A stretch of 64,000 bases of DNA from Schmidtea polychroa (Eukaryota), in contig CM097888.1 in NCBI GenBank assembly GCA_044892525.1, positions 58,714,001 through 58,778,000 of the forward strand. The letters run 5' to 3'. Under the pieces are notes generated by a model. That model was not told the origin of the DNA. It was given only the letters and a program-made list of their open reading frames with translations, and searched no databases. The position numbers were made by a program, and so were the translations under genes. Shown here piece after piece: positions 50,813 to 61,480 of the stretch (positions are counted from its first letter, which is position 1; every line of letters begins with the position of its first letter).

Positions 50813-53800
50813 CAGTGTTCTTCAACCTGGGTTCCGCGGAACCCTTGGGTTCCGTATAAAAAATTATGGGTTCCGCGAACAAATTTTATGATTTCTTATA
50901 AAAAAAGTTTTCAATATAAATAAACATATAATAATTTATATTTTATACATTGAAAATTTTCTGTTGTAAAATTTTACGCCTTGAAAATTTATGAAATGCT
51001 ACAATGACATTGAAATTTTTTTTATTTACTAAAAATGTAAGAAAAGTATAAATTATCAAAAATATTTGAGAATAATTCGATTTTTTCTTTAAATTTCAAT
51101 ATATAATCCTTTGAAATTTGAATATAGTTTCTAAAAATAAATTTATAATCATAGGATGCGGGAGTTACCTTGGTTTTGTGATACGTATGTGAAATTTGAC
51201 GTGTATTTAATTTAGTTTCTAACTGGTGGATGTGTTTTATTTTAATCTTTAACTAAAAGTTAATATTTAATTAAAAAGTGTTTATTAAAATAAATTTGTT
51301 TATCTGCCTTTATTGCAAAAAGTACAATTATTTAAAAAAAATAACTTTGAGTTTTAATTTATTTCATTTAGTGTAAATACAGGTATGTTATTTTTTATTA
51401 AATATTAAAAAGGGTTAAAAATGTATTAAACTTAAAATGTAAACATTTTTTCTAAATTTAATCTTTTATATTTAAACATTCAACTTTTATATATTTAAAC
51501 ATTTCATTTATAACTTTATATTAAAATATGTATGAATTTTTTTTCTATTTATTAAGTTTTTCATAATTTTAATTAATTTTCGAAATTTCCCAACATTTTT
51601 AACCTCTTTTGGAGGTTTTTTGATAAGTTTAGTTTTGTCATAAAATCGATTTTATTTAAATTTAAATTAAATTAGGATACCATACCGTTATATAATGGAT
51701 ACTTGGTTAAAAACTGGAAAGCTTCCTGCTAAGGTCAAGGAAGTTAATTTAGAAACTGAAACAGCATCGAAAGACAATGCAGTTAGTTCTAGGCTTGATA
51801 CAGAAACATCATCGAAAAATCTGCCTTCTAAAAACAAAATAGCTAATGATTCAGATAAATCCACTAAAAAAAGAAAGTATGATGACGAATATTTAAAATT
51901 TGGATTCGCCTGGATTGGTAATGAAAAAGAACCAAATGGATTATGCGTAGAGTGTGAAAAAGTAATGCATAACAGTAGTTTAAATCCAGCAAAAATGAAA
52001 AGACATTTGGAAACTAATCACCCGACTTTAAAAAATAAGAGTATTGAGTATTTCCAGAAAAAGTGTAATGAGCTTAAACAGAAAAATCAGCAATTTAAGA
52101 AATTCATACATGATGATAATATAAATGCTTTGAAAGCATCTTATTTGGTCAGTTATCGTGTTGCTCAACAAGGTGAAGCTTACACTATTGCTGAAAAATT
52201 AGTGAAACCATGTACCAAAGATATAGTTTCTTGCATGATAGGAGAGAAACATGTTAAAATGGTTGATTACGTGCCACTCTCTGATACTACTGTATCCAGG
52301 CGGATTATGGACATGGCAAATTATTGTGAAGTACAACTCATAAAACGTTTGAAAAATTGTATCCATGGATTTTCTCTTCAGTTGGATGAATCTACAGATG
52401 TATCTGGGTTAGCAATTTTACTGGTATTTGTACGATACATTCATGAAATGGCTGCTGAAGAAGATATGCTTTTTTGTAAAGCTCTACCCAGCAAAACAAC
52501 AGGTGAAGAAATATTTAAAATAATTGATTCATATTTTATACAGCATGATATATCTTGGGATTTATGTCACCATGTATGCACCGATGGTGCAAAAGCAATG
52601 CTTGGGAGTTTGAAAGGTGTAGTTGCGCGTATAAAACAGAAAAATCCTTACATTAAAAATAATCATTGCTGTCTTCATCGACAGGCTCTTGCAGTAAAAA
52701 GAATGCCAGAAGAACTAAAAACTGTTCTTAATGATTGTGTCAAAATTGTAAATTTTATCAAATCAAGGCCGTTGAATTCGAGAATATTCACCTTATTATG
52801 TGAAGATATGGGAAGTAAACATAAAACATTATTACTTCACACAGAAGTTCGTTGGTTATCTCGTGGTAAAGTATTGACAAGATTTTTTCACTTACGAGAT
52901 GAAATCAGATTGTTTTTTGCTAAACATCCACATGAACTATCTCACAAATTAAATGATGTGAAATGGGTTCAACAAATTTCTTATCTTTCAGATATTTTTT
53001 CATATTTTAATGAAGTAAATCTTTCTCTTCAAGGCCCAAATACGAACATTTTCCAAGTTCAAAATAAAATAAATGCAACTATAATGAAATTAAAATTTTG
53101 GGCGGATTGTATTTTGAAATCAAATACTGAATGTTTTTTTAATTTAAATGATTTTTTACTCTCCAATAATGCTGAAATTAATGAAAATGTTAAAATATAT
53201 GTATTGCAACATTTATCTGATTTACAAGATACTTTTGTGGAATATCTTCCTGCTCAGATAGAAAATTTTGATTGGGTTCAAAATCCATTTGTTGAATACT
53301 GCAATAACTATCATTTAACAATAAAAGAAAGGGAGCAATACATTGATATTTCAACTGATTCTACATTAAAAATAAAATTTTTTGAAGAAGAGATTTTGAA
53401 TTTTTGGCTTGAAATGTTTTGCCAATTTCCTGACCTCGCAAAAAAAGCTATTAAAATTTTGATGCCATTTGTGACCACTTATATGTGTGAAAGATCTTTC
53501 TCGCTATATATTGCCACAAAAACAAAATACAGAAATAAATTAGATGCTGAAAATGAAATGAGGCTACAAATTACAAGAATTGTACCAGATTTCAATGTAA
53601 TTTGTAGCAAAAAACAGGCTCAACCTAGTCATTGAGTACCATTTAATATCAAATTTCTATTTTTTTTATGTTAAACTTTATATTTTTGCCATTAATTATT
53701 TAAATAAAATAATTTTATATTATAAAGTGCATTATTTTTTTATAAATTACCACATCGACAACCCCAATTGAATACATATATACATGCCCACATATACATG

Positions 53801-53853
53801 GGGAAATTTTTATTGGAAGGGTTCCGACGACTGCGAAAGGTTGAAGAGCACTG
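50813..53853 (+). mobile_element. Full-length Buster-clade hAT transposon
   Basis: TIRs CAGTGTTCTTCAACCT / CAGTGCTCTTCAACCT; perfect TSD atttaatg with central TA; uninterrupted transposase ORF. Confidence 0.96.
51695..53635 (+). CDS. Buster/ZBED5-8-like hAT transposase, 646 aa, intact
   Basis: BED-like CVEC...MKRHLETNHP; [40 protein letters not shown] (all DDE residues present). Confidence 0.95.
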   Translation: MDTWLKTGKLPAKVKEVNLETETASKDNAVSSRLDTETSSKNLPSKNKIANDSDKSTKKRKYDDEYLKFGFAWIGNEKEPNGLCVECEKVMHNSSLNPAKMKRHLETNHPTLKNKSIEYFQKKCNELKQKNQQFKKFIHDDNINALKASYLVSYRVAQQGEAYTIAEKLVKPCTKDIVSCMIGEKHVKMVDYVPLSDTTVSRRIMDMANYCEVQLIKRLKNCIHGFSLQLDESTDVSGLAILLVFVRYIHEMAAEEDMLFCKALPSKTTGEEIFKIIDSYFIQHDISWDLCHHVCTDGAKAMLGSLKGVVARIKQKNPYIKNNHCCLHRQALAVKRMPEELKTVLNDCVKIVNFIKSRPLNSRIFTLLCEDMGSKHKTLLLHTEVRWLSRGKVLTRFFHLRDEIRLFFAKHPHELSHKLNDVKWVQQISYLSDIFSYFNEVNLSLQGPNTNIFQVQNKINATIMKLKFWADCILKSNTECFFNLNDFLLSNNAEINENVKIYVLQHLSDLQDTFVEYLPAQIENFDWVQNPFVEYCNNYHLTIKEREQYIDISTDSTLKIKFFEEEILNFWLEMFCQFPDLAKKAIKILMPFVTTYMCERSFSLYIATKTKYRNKLDAENEMRLQITRIVPDFNVICSKKQAQPSH

Positions 53854-56800
53854 ATTTAATGTATATTATATAAAAATATGAATTAATAGAGACTTATATT
53901 TATTATAAACATATATTTTTTAAATATCCGAGTAACCCGGGTAACCCGGGTAGGTAAAAATTGAAACTCGAAAAACCCGGGTAGTATAATTCTCGAGTAA
54001 TTGTATTCTCTACGTACCTGTTCATATTCAATGACATGTGGGAAACTTACAAAAAACCTACATAGGAGTCATTACATAATTACATCACGCTCGATTTCCT
54101 TGAAAATGTGATGTGGCCTAGTTGAGCTGAACATTACGTCATTTTATAATGTGCCAGTTCAAAGTACATGCTTCAAATGTATCGTGTTGCAAACAATTTC
54201 GCCATCCTCAATTTCGAAAAATATCACCAAACAGGTTTCTGCTAAATCGTCATGCTTTTGAGCACACTGAATTTGGGATTATTGAATTACCTCCGAAGGA
54301 TCCAATACCAACAGGTCATCATTTTGCCATCTGTCGGTGCTCCTTCTTGTTCAAGATATACACCCGGATGTTACGAATCAACCAAACTCAGACAACCATA
54401 CCAATTTGATTTGTATTGTCCATTAATATCCATTGAGGTATGAATTCTCCAATTGTTATTGCCAAGACAAATTATTACCACATCTGTCGTAGTCAAAGTC
54501 GCAGACACATGCGAAAATTCAGATAAACATTTTTTACTTCGGAACAACGTGGCAATTCCCCGTGAATTCCTAACCTCGAAGAAGCTGTTCATTAAAGTAA
54601 TTTTACTTGATCCACCGTTACGATTTTTAAAAATCCTTAATTTCATTTTATTATTTGTTTGAAGCATTGATTTGTTCCTAGACTGACTGTAAATTTGTAA
54701 TTGGCATTGCATAATGGTAACACTAGGCTGCCCCCATTTCATGAGCAATTTGATGACATCACAATGAATGGGTCCAGGTGACTGTGATCAAGAGTGATGA
54801 GATGGGTGGGTTTCCAAAAATGTCTTCTTATGGATTATCACCTTTCTTTTTACGTGATATTTTTAATTATTTAAACTATCTCTAACGCGCTATACAAATA
54901 CCAGAAAATAAATAATTTATCTCATATTCCTTTTTAAGACCTATTTGAAATAAACAGTACCTATAGATAATTTTATTTAAACTAAGTTTAAAAAACTAAT
55001 GACAATTGGCATTTGCTAAAACTTTCCAAGTGATAATTGATGTCTGGATATCAAATTTCAAAGAATCATTTAAAAATAAAAACAGTTGTATTATAAGAAA
55101 TAATCTTATATTAGACTTTTTAGACTGTCTCGTTTGAAATATTATCGTTTGTAATGTTTTAAACGAAAAACTAATTTACATTCAAAAGATTGATCATTAT
55201 TTTACAAACATTATTATTCGCAGTTTAATAAATCTAGAAATTTATTTAATAAAAAATTATATAAATCTTATAAACAAAAAATAAAAAGAAAAACACGAAC
55301 ATCTCATTCTGATACTACTTCAATAATATTCATATAAATCTCATTGTTATATCCAGGTAAAAAACTGAAATCCGATCGTAATACCGAATGTACAAATGGT
55401 AAAATACTTGACAAGATTCAAATAATGAAATTTGAAATATAGTATTGAAAGTAAAAACAATTGATACAATTAAACAATCTTTTCATTTAATTTGTTTTAT
55501 GAAATTTATTTACTGATTTATTTAAATTATTTAATAATTTTTATGTTTTAATATGGTAATTATGCTAATTATCATTTAATTCAATGACTTATAACATAAT
55601 CATTTTTTTAAGTGAACAATTTTAAAAACACAGTAATTTACAAATCATAAAATGTGAAAATAATATAAGTTGAGTATTATAAATATATCAAGATTACAAA
55701 TTAATCATATATATTTGATGAATTCGTGAATATCTAAAAACATCGATAACTTAACTGATTCATAGTCATATTGTTATGATTAATATTCATAATATTTTGT
55801 TAAATTACTAGTTGTTAGGCATCTAAATATCCTTTTTAATAATTTTTTAATTTAAACGATTGTAAATAATGCTGAATGTGACCGTAAGACAAATGATATA
55901 TAATAATTTTGATGTTTAAATAGGAAAGACTATTTTTACAGTTCTTTTTCAATGAATTCCTTAATATGTACAGCAAAGTTAAAACCATTAACGCAGCCGG
56001 CCAGTAATGCTAGTATATAATAAAAATAACATGCTAAGCTTTTTTTAAGTTAACTTAATTTAAATAAACTAATGACATAAATAAATATAATATTTTGCAG
56101 AGTAATGGAATGTATGTTAAAAAAATCTTTTAAAAAAATATATATAAAAAGATAAATCAGCAGGATTTCTTAGAGTCATATTTGACTTTTTAGAATTGTT
56201 GGGTTTATGATAAATTTCAGTAGTATAAAATTTATATTCGAGTCTTGGTATAATATCAAGTTATTGAAAGACATCATCATAGACTCTTTTTTGGACAATA
56301 CGAAGATACAACTTTACCGCGATTATCGAATTACAATTTCATAATTAGTACTTAATGAAAATGCAATAAAGATGTTTTCTATCGTAGGAATCCCATGACT
56401 TTTTCATGTCTTTAACATCGGAGAAGCGCAAAACTCAAATATATTTGACAAAAATTTAACGAAGCTTATAAATCATCGATCCTATCAATCATCACAGGTG
56501 ATTTCTTTTCTTTAAATGTTTCCTGGAAAGACAATATCTCTTAACTGAATATGTTAATCATTGAAATTGAAATTTCTGTTTTCTACCTTGCGATGATTGA
56601 TGAGATAAACAAAATTTTCACTAACTAATTAATATGTTGCTTTGGATTTGCATTTGTTGGAATTTGTAGTTGTCTAATCCATTTTTTCTATGTTGCCAAC
56701 TCTTTATATTCTATTTAAATTGAATTTAATTTCCAATAATAAACAAATAATAATTTAACTGTCTCTTAATTCTGAATCTTGATTGTAATTCTGAAACCTC

Positions 56801-56894
56801 CTAAACATTGTAAATTGATATTAAAAGAAAACAAGGATAATTTTATTTATTTCAATATATTTTTTATTTAAAAGTTTACGAAAGATTAAACACT

Positions 56895-57045
56895 CAATAG
56901 TCCATCAATTGTCGGAAGGAGCAATGTCTGGTAAATACGGCGGGTGGGGTAAAACATTCCGATGAAGCACCTCCTAGGTTTTTCTGACAACTTTTGCAAC
57001 ATGCGGCCTAGTGTTGTCGTGCAAAAAAATCACTGTCATGTTTTT
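56895..57045 (-). mobile_element. Mariner relic
   Basis: LHDNTRPHVAK...LPHPPYLPDIAPSDN. Confidence 0.8.
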
Positions 57046-57550
57046 GGTATATTGTTTTGTTGGCACAAAAGTTGACATAGTTGACACAAAAACTATGTTG
57101 TTTACACTTCAGTAAAATGACACATACTCATTTTTAAGTGTAAAATGATGATATGTTAACACTAATAGGGTTACCAGATGGTACGATCCTATTCAATACT
57201 AGTTGCGTCATCTTTGCATTCGTAAGTCATTGTAATTTGTAAATGTATCCCATAGTTGAAAAACGTTGGGCAATACTGACTTGTTTTAGCAAAACCATTT
57301 ATTATTTGTTCACTTTTTACCTGCTTTCGTTTGATATTTCATATATTTTCATTATGACTTTAGATCAGAAATAAAATTGTGCAGAATGAGCGTATGAATA
57401 TTGCTTACATAATTTTTAATGTAATCGTTATGTTGAGTGCTCATAATTAAGTGCTAGTAACCAGATCTGAGATCTTAAATTATTAGAAACCAGATCAATT
57501 TTACAAACAATGATTTTAAATCTTATAACATTAAATTTTTGGTGCATTTA

Positions 57551-57930
57551 GTAGGGTAGAATGAGGAGCCGGAAACAAAGGCATATACCCCCCCCCCCCG
57601 GAAGGGGAGGGGGGTTTTTTAATTAAAAAAAATTTTTTTTAAGGTCAACTTAAAGTCATAAAAAATTTTAAGGTCACGATTAGGTCAAATTAAAGGTCAA
57701 AGTCGATTTTAGGCAATTTTAAGGTCTAATTTTAAACAAAGACATTTACGGAACAAAGATATATGACTCATCATTTTATACAAAGACATATGACTCATCA
57801 TTTTATACAAAGACATATGACTCATCAAATTTTTAATTTTCAAAGGTCAGAGCTTCAAGCAAGTGTGTTATTAGAAAGATCTTGTAGATATCTATGCAAA
57901 GGTTTCACCCGGCTCCTTATTCTACCCTAC
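57551..57930. mobile_element. Foldback element related to 36021-36492
   Basis: TIR GTAGGGTAGAAT(G/A)AGGAGCCGG; CATATACCCCCC tract; AAGGTCA repeats; 27-bp tandem atgactcatcattttatacaaagacat; no TSD seen. Confidence 0.7.
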
Positions 57931-59259
57931 TCTACTGTTTTTTTCTCTTTTTAGCCCATTTTCACCGGTCTGATTGGGATTTAAGTGTAACCATGTACAG
58001 GCAAAATTTAATTCTCTACAAAATGACACAATTACAATTTGAGATTGTCGCTTTGTTTGTAATACACACATGTTTTTACGATAAATTTGTATTTTTCCCG
58101 CAGTTAACGTAATTTTCATGGATTACACCAAAACAAACCTTTGTCTAACTCCTTAATCCGACCCTAGGTATAGTACCCATGCTTTTATTGCTAATCCAAA
58201 GGAATAAAAAATACGAGACATTTATTCCAGTTTAAATGATTCATTTTCAAATTTACGAAATCCTTTTTGACATGATTATAAGCAACAAAAGTAAATTCAT
58301 AAAAAGTGCCAATAAAATCGCACAAATCAGCTAATTTGTTGCATATTTTTTGCATAATTTCTTACTAATTTTAAACATTTCTTGAAATAGTCAAAAAATC
58401 AAAATGACATTTAAAATAATGTTTTAATTAAAATATTAAAATTAAATTGATAAAAAAATGACCCCCCTCCTCAATCAAACCGAAGTAAAATTTTTCAATA
58501 AAATAAAGCAACAATTTATTTTAATTGCACCACAGCAATGGAATCAAAAGAATTCAAATATTACTTTCCCCACTTCCTGTTCATCCCAACGTCACAAACT
58601 GTAGAATTTGCGCGCAATTACTAAATAAATTAATTGTCTTAAACGTGATTTTAAATATCCTAGGAAATTTCTGTTAATTTTGTTCCAATACCGCAAATTT
58701 ATTATTCAACTTTTGATTTTGTCATTGGGAAATTTTTCTTTTTTTTTCAAAATAGAACACGATTTATATTTTCCGAATCAGTTCATTAATATTTATGAAT
58801 TGCTGCAATAATCTTGACATTGAATAACTGGAGTTGAATACTACTTACTAAATATATTAACCAAGATTAATAGCTTATTTGTTATGTTATTTTTGCAAAT
58901 GTTGTCATTTCTTCTTTGATTGACTAACTATTCCGGATTTCGAATGTCATTTAATATTTTGGATGAAATTGAATTTCTTGATAAATAATATTTATTTTCA
59001 TTAGGCTCTGATTTGAAGCATTCAAAAAAAGACAAATTCAAACAATAAATAATTAATTTAAACAAAAATAATGATTAATTTAAACAAAAAAGATTATTCA
59101 ATAAAAATAACGCCAATGTTAAATTTCGAATGGATCTTTTCTACATCAATTAAAATTATTATTTTCTCTTTCTTTTAGTATCATATTTGGTTTAACATCA
59201 GAATAAAACAATATAAATCACATAAAAGTTCTGAAAAGCAAATAAAAATATCGACCTTT

Positions 59260-59336
59260 GGAATGGCGAGACTGGATCATATTGGAGAGCCCCCTCACCT
59301 GTGCCATCATTAGTTTTATGGATACATGCGCCCCTG
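59260..59336 (-). mobile_element. Probable hAT terminus (CAGGGGCGCATG) truncating the chimeric element
   Basis: GC-rich end typical of hAT TIRs; partner end not found. Confidence 0.35.
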
Positions 59337-59370
59337 AAGGGAACCACGCTTTACTACGATGATTATTTGT

Positions 59371-59728
59371 CATAATCAAGACGTCTGTTGAAGCTCTTCC
59401 ATGAAAATCGATTCCTCAAATAGCATAAGGTAACACATAACTTTCATAACTTGTCATAGTGCGAGATACAGGATCACTAGAGTTCAGAACGATACCTGAG
59501 GTACGACCTGAAATGTACAAAGAAAGAACTGCTTGAATTTCAACATACATCATTGTTACAATAAATGTCTCCAACATGATTGAACTGGAAGCTCTACTGA
59601 CGAAATTCCCATTTCACTGTGAAGCATATGATGCCTAATCCGTTCATATCATCCAAATTTGTTTCAATGGTGTGTTCAAACTTGTATTTCAAAGTTAAAT
59701 TACCTTTCATAGAATGAACATTATCATC
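59371..59728 (-). pseudogene. ACT: Intronless actin fragment (approx. residues 55-190), decayed, with internal deletion
   Basis: MKGNLTLKYKFEHTIETNLDDM / [21 protein letters not shown] / [69 protein letters not shown] vs actin [28 protein letters not shown]...[31 protein letters not shown]. Confidence 0.92.
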
Positions 59729-59734
59729 AAAATC

Positions 59735-59904
59735 GCCTCCATTTGGACCAGTAACATTTCTTGATTCAAGATCCTTAGCACCTTCAAAAATATCAAAAAT
59801 AACTTCTCCATCGGTTATTAAGTTGCATTTGAAGCAGCAATTGATTTAAAATGCACAAACACCTTTTTATCATCACTTTTATTGTCAACACTAAGTAATC
59901 GGTA
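59735..59904 (-). pseudogene. Y-box/cold-shock-domain fragment, decayed
   Basis: YRLLSVDNKSDDKKVFVHFKSIAASNA / ITDGEVIFDIFEGAKDLESRNVTGPNGG vs YBX GFINRNDTKEDVFVHQTAI...[27 protein letters not shown]. Confidence 0.82.
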
Positions 59905-59914
59905 TCAATTCTTT

Positions 59915-60070
59915 GAGAAATCGAAAATTCCAGAAAAAACCAGACTATAAATAACTACCAAAATTCCAGAAGCAATCAAAGAATTCCAATAACCAAAGCT
60001 AGTCCACTCGCGCCTGCACTCAGACAAGAAGAAGTGTGCACTCACAGACGCGAGTAGTCAGAAATTACCA
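59915..60070 (-). promoter_or_regulatory. PBS-like site and structured 5' leader of LTR element
   Basis: TGGTAATTTCTGAC then ACTCGCGTCTG...CAGGCGCGAGT stem (11 bp, one G-U) enclosing the GTGCAC palindrome; homologous to 24554-24790. Confidence 0.55.
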
Positions 60071-60144
60071 CTAAGAAAAATTGTTTAATGAATTTTATTT
60101 CACGAGACTTTTATTCGAACACGAGTTTTATAGTATCCGTCACA
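60071..60144 (-). mobile_element. Putative very short LTR (about 74 bp)
   Basis: Minus strand TGTGACGGATAC TATAAAA ... AATAAA ... AATAAA ... directly upstream of TGG; partner LTR not found. Confidence 0.45.
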
Positions 60145-60645
60145 ATCTGAAAAAAAATCATTTTTCATCACTAAAATACCATTTGTGGATAAATTTACTT
60201 AATTTTCGGATCTGGCATAAATCATCCAATTCTTTTCCAATTCTAGCATTTTTGGAAGTTCGCTAGACTCGTCCAATATATTGTTGCAGACCTTTTATTA
60301 GTTTCCGAGACTTGATTTTGACATCTAGCAATTTACTTATTATTTCGAAAAACTCTCGCATCAAGTTTTCTTCGTTAGGTTTTCACTAAAAGTAATTTCT
60401 CTTTAAAAATATGTCTATCAGTCCTCTTATATTGAATTCACTCGCCAGTAGAAATTATTAGGTTGGTAAATAAGGAATGTAATTTTCTGCACTATTTGAA
60501 CTGTAATGTATAATATTTGTTTAGATGCTTCACTATTTATTGCCATATTGTATATCAATTTAAACCTTGAGTCCAGCTAAGTAATTTGATACTAATCTTT
60601 CATGTTTATATTGGTAATGTTTATATTATTTAACGTAATTAATCA

Positions 60646-61480
60646 ATGATGAAAAGTAATGAAATCCAAGCGATTTACCTTTATGAATATAAACGAGGTC
60701 TGAAAGCATGAGATACAATTCGCAATATTTGGCCCGAATACAACTAATGAACGTATGATTCACACGGTTTAGAAATGGAAACTAGAACCTTGAAGAATTA
60801 GTGAATTGTAACTGACCATCAGCTCTTGACAACAACAAATTGAAGGCATTAGTTGAAGTTGATCTATGTACAACACCCAAGAAGCTTGATAAAAGATTGG
60901 CTGTAACACATCCAACAGTTCTGAAACATCTCAAAGCAACGAGAAAACCCAAAAAACTAAACAAATGAATCACGCACGAATTCCAAGAAAAACAAATTCC
61001 CGTTATGACCGTTATGACGATGATTGATGATTTGATCAAAATGAAGCACCGAAACAAAACAGAAATTGCACCAAAAAAGGTAATGATGACTGTTTTGTGG
61101 TCACAAGCGGGACTGATTCATCACAGTTTTCTAATGGCGGCTCGTCCATATGAGCAAGGCATTTATTGCTTGCACTTCAATTTTGAGAAATTCTATATTT
61201 TAAAATTTTAATATCTTTTTAAAAGAACTTTTGGCTACTGAAGACAATTTTTATGATTTAGTAATTAAAGAATTTTGTAGAAAAACAAGAAGAATTTTAT
61301 TTTTGAATTTTTTTTATTGCTTTTACAAATTTTTTGAGTACGAGCCGCCACTGCAGTTTTCTGAATTCGGCAAGACGATTACCGCGGAAATATACTTTCG
61401 TTAAATCGATGAAATTCCTAATTAACTTCAACGTATGTGACCAGGTTTAGTCTTCAGAAAGGCCTTTGTTTTAATTAATA
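60646..61480 (+). mobile_element. Mariner relic
   Basis: IYLYEYKRG, RFRNGN..LEE, PKKVMMTVLWSQAGLIHHSFL, TITAEIY. Confidence 0.85.
61132..61353. mobile_element. hAT MITE inserted in the mariner relic
   Basis: TIR (C/T)A(G/A)TGGCGGCTCGT; perfect TSD cagttttc; removal restores HHSFLNS..TIT. Confidence 0.9.

Larger units (their letters stand above)
48333..54012 (+). mobile_element. Ac-like hAT transposon (degenerate transposase 48884-50766) containing a nested Buster
   Basis: TIRs TAGGGAATACAAT / TAGAGAATACAAT; perfect TSD cgtacctg; CCCGGGTA subterminal repeats. BED finger MPKRSQTWDYF...CNKC...HLRSRH, ITVDEWT, LLLDCRTRWNSL, PTSVDCERTFS; frameshifts and stops present. Confidence 0.93.

Noticed and set aside
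57165-57280. TAGGGTTACCAGATGG possible hAT MITE end
   Set aside because: No convincing partner TIR or TSD.
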